A stretch of 64,000 nucleotides of DNA, from positions 1,504,001 through 1,568,000 of the forward strand of contig CM000151.3 of the NCBI GenBank assembly GCA_000004695.1. Reading direction: 5' to 3'. The first letter of the stretch is position 1. Each line of letters begins with the position of its first letter. The notes under the pieces are model-generated. The model saw nothing but the letters and a program-made list of their open reading frames with translations, did not search any database and had not been told where the DNA came from. The translations under genes were made by a program, and so were the position numbers. Positions 50,645 to 63,400 of the stretch are shown one piece after another. The DNA is from Dictyostelium discoideum (lineage: Eukaryota).

Positions 50645-51097
50645 ATGAATAAACTCGACATGGACGCATGTCAAATTTATGATCCTGAAGAGTTTGATGC
50701 ATGTAGGTGTGAAGAAATTTATTATAGTAGTAGTTCAAATGGTGATATTATTAATCCACAAGCAATCAGCGATCTAATCTTCAATGCTTTTCAAAATTTA
50801 GAAATTCATAATCCTGTGTGGGCAGAACGAGCTATTGAAATACTCAAAACAGTATATGAAGATACAAATAATTTTCTTTCTCGAAAAAATCTAGATTGTG
50901 GTAATGAATTTAAGGTTGCAATTACTAATCTAATACGTTGTCTCGAAATAAGGAAAAATTTAACCAGTTTTTTCGATTCATTGGATGATTTAATATCAAT
51001 ATTACAAGAGCTTGCTGAAGTACTCCCTCAAGATTATTGGGATTTTATAGATGCTATTGAAGGTGTTTTGATTGGCCTCTTTGAAATTCCAGATTAA
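50645..51097 (+). CDS. Hypothetical acidic protein, 150 aa, single exon, of unknown family. It has no signal peptide and no low-complexity run.
   Basis: Clean ORF MNKLDMDACQIYDPEEFDACRCEEIYY...EVLPQDYWDFIDAIEGVLIGLFEIPD. Its codon composition is less AT-skewed than the flanking intergenic DNA. No recognisable motifs. Confidence 0.5.
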   Translation: MNKLDMDACQIYDPEEFDACRCEEIYYSSSSNGDIINPQAISDLIFNAFQNLEIHNPVWAERAIEILKTVYEDTNNFLSRKNLDCGNEFKVAITNLIRCLEIRKNLTSFFDSLDDLISILQELAEVLPQDYWDFIDAIEGVLIGLFEIPD

Positions 51098-51164
51098 AAA
51101 CTGTTATTCACTCAAGATGTAACATAAATAGTTTAACTGTTTTTTTATTTTATATTAAAAATAA

Positions 51165-51270
<106 letters not shown>

Positions 51271-51449
51271 GAAAAAAATGAAAATAAAAATAGAATAATA
51301 ATAATAAAAATAAAAATAAAAATAAAAAAAATATTAAAAATTAAAATAAAAATAAAAATAAAAATAAAATAAAATTAAATTAAAACGGTTTAAGATTAAA
51401 AAGATTATTAACATATATGCTTTTTCTGTAAGATTATAATATATTTTAT

Positions 51450-53501
51450 TTAAATATTTTTTAAGTTATCATAAAGTGAATTAATAAAATTACCAGAACA
51501 TAATTTTAAATTATTATTTTTAATTAAATTTTCAAAACACAATTGATTTTCAATTATATTATAATTATTATAATATGTGTAAATTGTTGTTGATTTTGGT
51601 AATGGAAATTTAAATTTACACATAGCACTAAATAAAATTAAATGATTAATTGATGGTTTTAACCAATCACTTGATATTGTACCTTGAAAAGTTGGACCTA
51701 ATGATAAACAAGTTAAAGAATCTGGTAAATTTGGTAGATTTAATTGATTTAATGGTTGATTTAATTTTAAAGAACGTAATGAATTTGGAAATATTTTAAA
51801 ATCTATAACTTCTTGAATACCATAACCTAATTCAATATTTGTTAATGTATTTGGAAATATTACTCTACTAATTGGATGCTTAAAATGGTAATCAAATATT
51901 ATTGATTTTAAATTTTTCATATTCATAAATACTTTTGGTGTTAATTTTTCATTTTTATAACTTGAAAATTTAATTGATACAATTGATGTTGAAAAGTGAT
52001 CACATTCAAATTGATCTTTAAAATGACTCGTAATTGTTAACGATCTTAATGAGTTACATTTTATTAAACATTGATTATATGGACCTTCATATTGTGTTAA
52101 ATTTAATAATTGATTTGAAAATAGTGATGTTAAAGATTGTTCTTCTGATAAATGTATTTTTGAATGTTGAGGTTGTAATTCTGGTGAAACCAATTTTGGT
52201 TCTATAATTTTCAATGATTTAATTGAAGTTGGTAAATCATCATATTGTAATAAAAGTTTTTTAGTATATAATAAAACGTATGTTAATTCTAACGATTCAA
52301 GATTCTTTAAAAATGGTTTTAAATTTCTGAGTGATTGACTACAACTAATTGATAAATGTTTTAAAGTTGTCGGTATTGATTTAATGGGGGATTTAAAACA
52401 ATGTTCACCAAAAATTAAAGTTTCCAATGATGGCGGTAACTCATCAACTTCTAATTGATGATTGAATTTACAATCAATTGAAAATATTAATTCTTTTAAT
52501 GAGTTTGGAAGTGTAAATTTTTTAAATTTCTTATCAAATTCTCTACCAATATAAAGCTTTTCTAATTTATTTGTATTTAAAAAACAATAGTTATTTAAAG
52601 ATTTATTAAATGATTCACCAAATTTTAAAACTTTTAATTCTTTTGGTAATACATTCTTTCCAATTTCACAATTAAAATGATAACCAAATTCTAAAAAAGT
52701 AATTGATGATGGTAAACAACCTTCATTAATCTCTGTATTAAATGAATCACCAAATGTTAAACTTGTTAAACTATTTGGTAATAAACCCCTAAATAACTTT
52801 TCATTATAAAAATCTGCAAATAACAATTCTTTTAAATTATTTGGTAATTTTTTAATTTCACATTTATGATAATTACTATATCCACTTTTATTCTTTTGAC
52901 CAAAATCTAAATATCTTAATTTATTTGATGATTCATTAATACTACCATTACCACTACCATTGCCACTACCATTACCATTACCATTGCCACTACCATTACC
53001 ACTACCATTGCCACTACAATTACCACTACCACCTTCTAAAGATTGAATAAATGGTATAGTTTTAAAAGATAATTGATCATTTAAAATTAAAGATTTTATA
53101 TTTGAATGAATTGAATCATTTGAAAATGATGAATAAAATGAACCAACAAATTCTAGTGATGTTACTGAACGAGGTATGAACCCAGATTTAAAAATATTTG
53201 CTGATGGTCGATGTGAACTATTTTCAATTTCAACTGTATCAATATTCTCTGGTAATGATTCTAATATTGATAATACTCTTTGAAGATTATTTATATTTTT
53301 TTTACCACCAATAAAAAAATAAACCCTTTTCAAATACATTTTATATGGATAGTTTAACCAATATTGATATTCTTTATCTGTATTTATTTTGAAATCAACC
53401 CTATTAAAATTATTTAAAAAAATCATTTCCTTAAATATAAGATTTCTAATATATACATTTCTCCATAGTAAAAAAAATAAAAAATCATTATTATTTTCCA
53501 T
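51450..53501 (-). CDS. FNIP-repeat-containing protein, 683 aa, single exon, with an internal (GSGN)n low-complexity run.
   Basis: Repeated units of about 22 aa of the form LP.SL..L.FG..FN..I..G.LP (for example LPNSLTSLTFGDSFNTEINEGCLPSSITFLEFGYHFNCEIGKNVLPKELKVLKFGESFNKSL). The GSGNGSGNGSGNGNGNGSGNGSGNGS block is encoded at about 52920..53010. Confidence 0.75.
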   Translation of the reverse strand: MENNNDFLFFLLWRNVYIRNLIFKEMIFLNNFNRVDFKINTDKEYQYWLNYPYKMYLKRVYFFIGGKKNINNLQRVLSILESLPENIDTVEIENSSHRPSANIFKSGFIPRSVTSLEFVGSFYSSFSNDSIHSNIKSLILNDQLSFKTIPFIQSLEGGSGNCSGNGSGNGSGNGNGNGSGNGSGNGSINESSNKLRYLDFGQKNKSGYSNYHKCEIKKLPNNLKELLFADFYNEKLFRGLLPNSLTSLTFGDSFNTEINEGCLPSSITFLEFGYHFNCEIGKNVLPKELKVLKFGESFNKSLNNYCFLNTNKLEKLYIGREFDKKFKKFTLPNSLKELIFSIDCKFNHQLEVDELPPSLETLIFGEHCFKSPIKSIPTTLKHLSISCSQSLRNLKPFLKNLESLELTYVLLYTKKLLLQYDDLPTSIKSLKIIEPKLVSPELQPQHSKIHLSEEQSLTSLFSNQLLNLTQYEGPYNQCLIKCNSLRSLTITSHFKDQFECDHFSTSIVSIKFSSYKNEKLTPKVFMNMKNLKSIIFDYHFKHPISRVIFPNTLTNIELGYGIQEVIDFKIFPNSLRSLKLNQPLNQLNLPNLPDSLTCLSLGPTFQGTISSDWLKPSINHLILFSAMCKFKFPLPKSTTIYTYYNNYNIIENQLCFENLIKNNNLKLCSGNFINSLYDNLKNI

Positions 53502-53877
53502 AAATTTTTAGTTTTTTAAAATTTATTGTTAGAAAAAAAAAAAAAAAAAAAAAAGTATAAAAAATTGATTATAAAAATTTATTTTTAGAAAAAAAAAAAA
53601 AATGAAAAATAAAAAAAATAAAAAAAAAAACCAAAATAAAAATAAAAATAAAAATTAAAAAAGAGGTGGTTTTTTTACTTAAAAAATTAATAACGACGGT
53701 TACAAACTTGGTTTGTTTCAGATTTTTTTTTTTTTTTTTAGTTTTATTTTTATTTGTTGATTTATTTTTAGATATTTTTGTTTTTTATTTACTTAAAATT
53801 TTTTGACTTTGTATAAACCAGATATTTTTATTATTATTTTACAAATCAAAAAAAAAAATTTCTTCTTTTTTTTAACC

Positions 53878-55973
53878 CTATAAAATTTCGGTTAAAAAAA
53901 AAAAGATAAAAAAAAACAATTGGATAAATAAAAATAAAAAATATAAAAATAAAAAAAAAAATATTATTATTAATGTGCAATTATTATTAATATTTATTTT
54001 AATTTCTTTTTTTTTATCATAAATTGAATTAATAAAATTATCAGAGCATATTTTTAAATTATTATTTTCAATTAAATTTTCAAAATAAAATTGATTTTCA
54101 ATGACATTATAATTATTAAAAGATATGTAAATTGTTGTTGATTTTGGTAATGGAAATTGAAATTTACAATCAACACACAATAAAATTAAATGATTAATTG
54201 ATGGTTTTAACCAATCACTTGATATTGTACCTTTGAAATTTGAACCTAATGATAAACAAGTTAAAGAATCTGGTAGATTTGGTAACGTTAATTGATTAAA
54301 TTCAACCAATTTTAAAGAACGTAATGAATTTGGAAATATTTTAAAATCAATGATTTCTTTAATACCAAAACCAAATTCAATATTTGTTAATGTATTTGGA
54401 AATATTATCCCACCAATTTGTTGAATATAATAATGACTACTGAATATCACTGATTATAAATTCTTCATTTTTGTAAAAACCTTGGGGGTTAAATGTTCAA
54501 AGGCAAGGCTTAAAAATTCGATTGATTTAATTAATGACGAAAAGTGATCACATTGATAATGATTTGTGAAATGATTTGTTATCTTTAATGATCTTAATGA
54601 ATTTGATTTTTTTAAAAACAAGTTATATGGACCTTCATAATTTTTTAATTTTAATAATTTATTTGAAAATAGTGAGCTTAAAGATTGATCTTCCAACTGC
54701 ACCTGTTCTTGATTTGAATATGGATGCGACTGTGTTGAGACTAATCTCGGTTCAATTATTTAATGAAAATCAGTATCATTCAATATCCTTCTAACCAAAG
54801 GCACTAAAAATGATGTTAATTCTAATTTTTTAAGATTCTTTAAAAATGGTGATACATTCTCAATTGATTGACTACAATTTATTGATAAATATTTTAAAGA
54901 TATTGGCAAAGACTCAATTTCCGATTTAAAATATCGCTCACCAATAATTAAAGTCTTTAACGATGGAGGTAACACACCAACTTCCAATGGGTGATTGAAT
55001 TTACAGCCAATTGAAAATACCAACTCTTTTAATGATTTTGGGAATGTAAATTCGATAAACTCACCTTGATATTCTCTACCAAGATAAAGTTTCTTCAATT
55101 TATTTCTATTATAAAAACATTGTCTTGTACTTAAAGATTTATTGAATAGTTCACCAAATTTTAATATTTTTAATCTCTTTGGTAATACATTCTTCCCAAT
55201 TTCACAATTAAAATGGTATCCAAATTCTAAATAAGTGATTGACGATGGTAAACAACCTTCACCAATCTCTGTATTAAATGAATCACCAAATGTTAAACTT
55301 GTTAAACTTTTTGGTAGAAATACTTTACCTATCTCTTGATTGAAAAAGTTTGGTAATAACAATACTTTTAAATTTTGTGGTAACCTTTTAACTTCATATA
55401 TACTTTTTTTAAAACTATCTATACTTTTATTCTTTTTACCAAAATCCAAATACTGTAAATGACTACCACCACTACTACTACCACTACAATTGCCACCCTC
55501 TAGACATTCAATAAATGGTATAGTTTTAAAGATAATTGATCATTTAGAATTAAAGATTTTAAATTTGAATGAATTGAATTTTTTGAAAATGGTGAACTAA
55601 ATGAACCAATTAATTCTAGTGATGTTACTGAACGAGGTATGAAGCCAGGATTAAATATATTACATATAGGTATTATTGAATTTGTTTCAATTTCAACTGT
55701 ATCAATATTCTCTGGTAATGATAATAATGTCAATATCAATCTTTGAAGATCAAAAATTCTAAGACCTTGAAAACTAATAAAGAACCTGACCCTTTTCAAA
55801 TAAATTTTATATTTATAATCTAACCAATATTGATATTCTTCATTTGTATTTATTTTGAAATTAACTTTTCTAAATATACTAAATAATTTCAATTCATTGA
55901 TTATAACTTTTCTTAAAACTATATTTCTCCAAATTGAAAAAAATAATTTATCATTATAATTTTCTAAATTCAT
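53878..55973 (-). pseudogene. Decayed tandem paralog of the FNIP-repeat gene. Its coding capacity is split into 4 ORFs by at least one frameshift and two in-frame stops.
   Basis: ORF 55500..55973 (frame 2) matches the N-terminus of the intact paralog (..FFSIWRNIVLRKVIINE..KINTNEEYQYWLDYKYKIYLKRVRFF..LPENIDTVEIE..). ORFs 54760..55449, 54454..54702 and 53878..54450 (all frame 0, separated by stops) match its middle and C-terminus (..IFPNSLRSLKL..LPNLPDSLTCLSLG..ISSDWLKPSINHLIL..). Confidence 0.65.
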
Positions 55974-56254
55974 TTTTTATTAATTATGTATATAAAAAAA
56001 ATAAAAAAAATAAAAAAAATTTGAAAATGAATTTTATGAAAAACCAACCTGAAAATTGATGAGAAATAAAAAAAAAAGCATGGAAATAAAAAACTAAATT
56101 TTTAATAAACCTTTTATTTTATTTTTTTTTTTTTTTCTTTTTATTTTTTTATTTATGATTTATAAATAAAAAAAAAAAATGAAGTTTTATTTAGATTTAT
56201 AGTTATTTTTTTTTTTATTTTTTTTTTTTGTTTGTAATTATTAATGTTAATGGT

Positions 56255-56298
<44 letters not shown>

Positions 56299-56307
56299 TT
56301 TTTTTTT

Positions 56308-56472
56308 TTATTGATGTAATATTGTAGTTTTGTAAGATGGTGGAATTGCAGAAGATTCAGAGGAAGACTCTTCATCAGATTCACTATTTGATGATGAGTA
56401 AGAAGATGAGGAAGAATAATTATTATATTCATCATGTTTTAATATTAATGGTGAGTTAATATTATTATGGTA

Positions 56473-56511
<39 letters not shown>

Positions 56512-57020
56512 ATTATTTTTATTTGATTTTACAAGATGATTAAATGAAGCAGATGTTAATAATGAATATTGAGATGAATATCTATTATTTTGAGGTTGCT
56601 GTTGTTGTGGATCACTTAATAATAAAGCTCTCTTCTTTTTCATTTTTCTTAACCTAAACATCATTAAAACTGTTGGTAAAATTTCAGTCATAAAGAAATA
56701 AGCCAATTCAAATTCCCAACCCAAATTAAATGATGTTGTACCAGACTGATTTGGATCATTAATCGATTCACGAATACTGTACAATGTGATAATCGATCTA
56801 ATACAAAAACAAACTGTACAAATACTACCAACAACTGCTGCTCTAATCGCCTCTGGTGGTGATTGTAATATACCTTTTCTTTTTCTTCCATTATTATTAA
56901 TTAATAAATGATGACCTTTATTATTATTACCACTACTACTTATACCACCACTTATATTTATTTTATTATTATTATTAATTTCATTATTATTATTACCATT
57001 CGGTATTATTATATTATTAC

Positions 57021-57078
<58 letters not shown>

Positions 57079-57852
57079 ATTATTACTATTTATAATTTTA
57101 TTATGTTTATCTAATTTTTTAAATGATACAAATAATAAGATACCATAAATTAAGAAACCAAATCCTGCAACTAAAAACAATCCACTAATTATACCTTCAA
57201 TGATTTGATCTAATAATAATCTTCTATCTTCAGTTTTACCCCATATTGTTAAGGTTACAATCCAACCAACCAAAGCTAAAACCATTATCGTTGTGAATAC
57301 CACTACTCTTGGTATCCAAATATTCCAAAAATCTTTTGCCGTTGTAAATGGTTGAGAGAATCTTGAATATAATTCCATCCAAAATAATAATAAACAACCA
57401 TATCCTACAAACAATAACATACTTGATACCTCATACCAAATAAGAACAATATCATAGTTATTAATCTTTTGTGATGAAAAAAAGAATCCACTTCTTACTA
57501 AATAAATTTAAAAAAGAAAATAAAAAAATAATAAAAAAAAAAGTTAATAAATTGTTATTATTTTTATTTATTTCTTTATTTATTTCTTTATTTTTGAAAT
57601 ATATTTACCTAACATTGTAACAGCAATGATAAAATGAAAAATAAGTTTTGGTTTTAAATTTTTTGCACCATTTCTACTATATATGAGTATTCTAATTAAT
57701 TGGAATAATGCCCATAAGAATAGTAATCCATCTATAATTCCTAAAATATAATATAAATTTATATTGTATCCATTAATATCATCATCACTGTTACCGCTAC
57801 CACTACCACTACTACTCTTAAGTTTTAACCTAAGAAATGATTCAACCAACAT
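56308..57852 (-). CDS. Seven-pass transmembrane protein, about 477 aa, possibly THH1/TOM1/TOM3 (DUF1084)-like. Exon 1 is 57609..57852, the intron is about 57498..57608 (GTAAAT...TATTTAG), and exon 2 is 56308..57497.
   Basis: Seven hydrophobic segments (LYYILGIIDGLLFLWALFQLI, LIFHFIIAVTML, MLLFVGYGCLLLFWMELY, VVVFTTIMVLALVGWIVTLTIW, IISGLFLVAGFGFLIYGILLFV, IRAAVVGSICTVCFCIRSIITLY, LAYFFMTEILPTVLMMF). A poly-Asn loop is present. The two tool ORFs join in phase 1 (..AVTMLG|gtaaat...ag|TAAGAAGTGG = ..VRSGFFFSSQKINNYDIVLIWYEVSSMLLFVGYG). The family assignment is tentative. Confidence 0.55.
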
Positions 57853-58469
57853 ATTTAACTATTCTATTCCCTATTACAACTACTATAAATATAACTATAA
57901 TTGATTATTATAATTATTTTATAGTAGTGTTTTATTTATTTTATTTATTTTATTTTATTTTTATTTTATTTTATTATTCTTTATTTTATTTTATTTTAAT
58001 CAAAAAAAAAAAAAAAAAATAATTAAGATGGGTAGTAGGGAAATGAATTAATTTACAAATAAAAAAAAAAATAATGATGGGTGTGGAAAAATAAAAAAAA
58101 AAATAAAAAAATAAAAAATTAAAAAAAAAAAATAAAAAAAAAATGAAAATTTTGGAAACCGTTGCCTGTCACATAACAGGATAAAAAAAAAAAAAAAATA
58201 AAAAAAAAAAAATAAAAATAATAAAAATAATAAAAATAATAAAATTATAACAAAAAATCAATAAATGGACTAAAATGGAATAAAAACAAAAATAAAAATA
58301 AAAATAAAAAATTTTTAAATGATATTAATTGGAAACTCAATGTTTTGTTTTCAAAAGATAATTAAATGTGAAAATGAAAAAAAAAAAAAATGGGTTGGGA
58401 TTTTATCTTAATAAAAAAATATTTTTTTTGGCTTTTTTTTTTTTTTTTTTTTTTTTTTGGATTTTTTTA

Positions 58470-58500
<31 letters not shown>

Positions 58501-58524
58501 TTTATAATTTTTTTAATTTTTTTT

Positions 58525-58559
<35 letters not shown>

Positions 58560-58719
58560 CATCACTATTTATTGCCTATATCTTTAGCTTTTGTTGCTTT
58601 TGTTGTATTTATATTGTACCCTTTCAAACTTTTTTTTGTTTTTAATAGAATAAAAAAAACCATATTATTTTTATTACCGATAAATATATATAAATATAAA
58701 AAAATAATAATAATATAAA

Positions 58720-59332
58720 ATGGCCTCAAATCAAGAACTCGTTCAAATCGCCACAAACTTTTTATTAAATGCACCACCATGCGAATTTATGGAAGTTGTT
58801 TCAGGTAAGAATTTAATTTAATTTATTTGGAATCAACAATGAACAACGAAAACATATTCGTCTCATAGATAGGATTTTTTTTTTTTTTTTATATTTATTA
58901 GGTGACAGTGTGTGGTGTGTTTAGTTTTTTTTTTTTTTTTCCTTACAATCAAATTCTTAATTCTTAAATATTAAAATAATTTTATTTTATTTATTTTTGT
59001 TTTAAAAACAGATGTTCGTGCTCTCCTTCCAAGTGAATCATTATTAAATGCCTCAGCTGGTTCAACATTCAGAGAATACAATACATCACAAATGGTTAGT
59101 GTACAAACATCAAAAGGTTCAGCTTTAATTACCAAAGAAGGTGAAATTAGCAACAACGAATATTTAGATCCAAAGAATAAACAAGTTATTACTTATGATC
59201 ATATTAAACAAGTATGTTTTTAATTATTTTAGGGAAAAAAAAAAAAAAAAACATACCATACCATACTAACATAAAATTTATAATTTATTCAATTTTTACC
59301 AAAACAAAACTTTTCAATTAATGATCAATTTA

Positions 59333-59375
<43 letters not shown>

Positions 59376-59802
59376 CAAATCTTTGTTTTTGTTAATAATT
59401 TAATAGGAAGTCACTGGTGAACGTTCAGCATCAGGTGAAATTGAACAAGATATTGAACAATACAGAGCAGCATTTGATGAAGAAGCAACCAAATATTGTA
59501 ATGAATATTATCCAAATGGTGTAAGTGCCGTTTATGGTACCAAAGTATCAGAAGGTATTAAAATTACCGTTTGTATCTCTACCTGCATATACAAACCAAA
59601 CGCTTTCTACTCTGGTAGATGGAGATCAGTTTGGACCTGTACTTTCAAACCAGGTAGTGGTAATGTAACCTCAAATGGTAAAGTTCAAGTTAATGTTCAT
59701 TACTTTGAAGATGGTAATGTTCAATTAAACACTGTCACTCAAAAACAAACTACTTCACCATCTGCTGTAAGTTTTATATTCATATATATATATTTTTGAA
59801 TT

Positions 59803-59833
<31 letters not shown>

Positions 59834-60080
59834 CAAATAGTTACTAATTAATTTTTATATTTATTTTTTAAAACTTTAGGATGCACAATCAACTGCAGTC
59901 AATGCATTTAAAGCAATTGGTAAAGCTGAACTTAACCTCCACACCGCACTTGATAACAATTACTCCACTATGGGTGATACCACATTCAAAGCCCTTAGAC
60001 GTGCTCTTCCAATCAATCGTACCAAAATCAACTGGCAAAAAGTCAAAAACTTCAAAATTGCCAATGAACTCAATAAATAA
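58720..60080 (+). CDS. acpA: F-actin capping protein alpha subunit (CapZ alpha; Dictyostelium cap34), 281 aa. The four exons are 58720..58804, 59012..59211, 59407..59766 and 59880..60080.
   Basis: MASNQELVQIATNFLLNAPPCEFMEVVS|DVRALLPSESLLNASAGSTFREYNTSQ... matches CapZ-alpha ..[26 protein letters not shown]... The C-terminus ..GKAELNLHTALDNNYSTMGDTTFKALRRALPINRTKINWQKV.NFKIANEL matches the conserved CapZ-alpha tentacle. The introns are GTAAGA..ACAG, GTATGT..AATAG and GTAAGT..TTTAG with consistent phases (1, 0, 0). Confidence 0.85.
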
Positions 60081-60449
60081 ATTTAAAACTAATTCACTCT
60101 TGTTCACCAATTCTATATTAATATCTTGTCACACGTAAAATAAAAAATAAAAAATAAATAAAAATAAAATAAATAAAAATAATTATTTATTTATTTACAA
60201 TTAAAAAAAAAAAAAAAAAAAAAAAAAACCAAAGTTTAAAAGAAGAATTGATTGTTAACTTTATAATTAAATTCCAATTATTGATTTTATTAAAAATAGT
60301 AAAAAAAAAAAAAAAAAAAAAAGTTTTCCAGTTTTTTTGTTTAATTAAACAACAAAAAATTAAAAATCCCAAATTAACATAAAACTAGATTTATTTTTAA
60401 TGAGTGAATTTATAATTATAAATTATATATTTATTTATTGTAGAAACAA

Positions 60450-63400
60450 TTAACGTTTACTTAAACCATCTAAAAATTTTTTCTCTTTTTTCTTCTTTCT
60501 ATAAAGGAAAGAAGCCAAACCAGCTAAACAAACTGTGGCACCAGCACCAATAGAAAGTCCAGTGGCAAGTTTCCAATTTGCTTTATCATCTGATTCGCAA
60601 TCACCTGTTTTTTTATTTTCAACATTCAAAAGCATTCCAAAATCTTTATAAAAAAAAATAAATAAAAAAAAAAAATAAAAATTAATATATAATGATAAAT
60701 TAGAGGGGGAGAGGGGTTTAATAGATAAATACCTGGGTCAATAATTGATTGTTTTGAAAAGTATGGAACTGAAATACCAATAATTGAAGTTTTTTTATTT
60801 GAGCTATATGATAAATCTTCGATGTTGGCAGTGATTGGAGTGGTGGAATCCAATTCAGCCAAAGATACAAATCTTGCAACCATGCCAGATTCAGAGTTTT
60901 CAGTTGTACTCCAAAGGTGTTGATTATAGGTGGTAGTAACAGAGTTACTGATTGAACATTTTTCAACATCTTCATTTTTAACGATTGTATCTGTTTGAAC
61001 GACAACTCTTAATGAACTTAATTTTGAACGGAATGGCCATTTCATTGTTTTAAATGATAGTTTTAATGATTCTGCTGGAATAATGAATGAACTTGATGCA
61101 AATGTAATGTTTCTAGATTTTTCAAAGTATTCAAAAGTTGCTTCTAAATATGATTTATTTTCCAATGTAATATTGAATATCCATTGATTTGGAGCATTTG
61201 AACTACCATTCCATTTTGCATTTGATAATGGGAATGAAGTTTCTTCAATTATTGCATTATTAAAATCCAATTCTTCAATTCTAACAATTGTAATTTTATA
61301 ACCAAACCCATCATTATCACCATTGTTATCAACATCGATTGAAGGGGTTTCTGGATTGGTTGGTGGGAATTTTGGAATAATTCCACCTGATGTTTCATTA
61401 CAAGAAATACCAGTGAATCCATCTGCGCACTTACAACCAAATGATGTACATATACCTTTACCACTGTCTGAATTACAATCACCTGGACAACTACCAGATT
61501 CTAATGTTGAATAGGTGAAATAATAATCATTTGCAACTGGTAAACCATCAACAACCAAATCTATTATATTAGTATAGACTTTTGATGTTGACTCCAATTC
61601 ACATGTTAATTCAGAATGAGACTTGATTTCAACATTACTACAATGTTTATTACCAATATTAAGTGTTGCCATAGATTTTGATCCAATACCAAAGTTTGAA
61701 CCAGATACAGTTAAAATACCACCACTTGCATAAACTTTGGATGCTGATGAAATAATTGGATTTGCATAGGTTAAATACATCAAGTCAGTGTTTGTTACTG
61801 ATTCATTTAATAATCTAATATAATTGAAGCTACCTGAACCTTCTCCAATTGTACATATTATTTGATCACTTGATAATGGTTGTGAGATTGGACAATCAAC
61901 TGAATTAATTATTAATTGAACTGAACCTAAAGTTGGGAAGTTTCTACCTTTAATTGTAATTAAACCACCAATGGTTGATGGACTATTTAAATATTCAATA
62001 ACAAATGGTGCACCTGAAAAATTGAATGGTTCTGATAGAATATCGTTTGCCTCAACTAAAACTTTCCCAATTACTTCTTTACCTTCTCTAGTTGAACATT
62101 CTGCATATGTATCATTACCATTTAAATATTGACAAACCATCATCTCTTCTCCAATAGTAATAGTTGTTGCGAATTCTACAAAATGTAAACCTTCAACAAT
62201 GAATACATTGGATCTTGATGGTTTTTGATAAAAGTTTGTGATGATTGGTTTTGGTTCACATGTAAATTGTGATGAATGTGAGTAATCGCTTGGGCTACAT
62301 TGACAAATATAACTACCATTTCTATTTTCACAAACTGTATTTAAACCGCATTCATTCAATTCCTTTGATGAACATTCATCAATATCTTCACAATAGGTAC
62401 CATTATTTGAAAATCCATCAATAGATGGGCAGACACATAAGTATGAACCAACAGTATTTTGACAAGAAGTAAATTCACCAAAACATTTGTTATCTTGGGT
62501 TTCGCATTCATTAATATCATCACAGGATAAACCATTTAAATTATAACCTGGATCACATGAGCATTCAAAACTACCAATTGAATTTTTACAATTTTGTTGG
62601 CATCCACCATTTTTACCATCTAAACATTCATCAATATCCTCACAATAGGTACCATTATTTGAAAATCCATTGGATGGGCAAACACATAAATAAGAGCCAG
62701 CAGTATTTTGACAAGAAGTAAACTCTCCAACACATTTATTATCACCTGTTTGGCATTCATTAATATCATCACAAGAGAAACCATTTACATTATAACCTGG
62801 TTGACATGAACAATCAAAGCTACCAATTGAATTTTTACATATTTGACTACATCCACCATTATTACCATCTAAACACTCATCAATATCTTCACAGTAGGTA
62901 CCATTATTTGAATATCCATTAGATGGACAAACACATAAATATGAACCATTTGTATTTTGACAAGAAGTATACTCTCCAACACATTTATTATCTCCTGTTT
63001 GGCATTCATTAATATCTTGACAAGAGAAACCATTTGAAATATAACCTGGATCACATGAGCATTCAAAACTGCCAATTGAATTTTTACAATTTTGTTGGCA
63101 TCCACCATTTTTACCATCTTGACATTCATTAATATCATCACAAGAGAAACCATTCAAACTATAACCTGGCATACATGAACAACTAAAACCACCAATTGAA
63201 TTTGTACAATTATGTTGACATCCACCATTTTTACCATCTAAACATTCGTTAACATCATCACAAGAAAAATCATCATTTGAGGATTTAATATAACCAGTTG
63301 GACATTTACATGAATATGAACCAATTGAATTTTCACAAATTGATGGTGAATTACATTTATTGGAACCATCTAAACATTCATTTTGATCTTGACAAGAGAA

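Noticed and set aside
60718-61005. ORFs 60718..61005(-), 61249..61482(-), 61323..61514(+), 62869..63153(-) inside the cbEGF/IPT gene
   Set aside because: They are alternative frames of the 1060-aa ORF with no conserved features.
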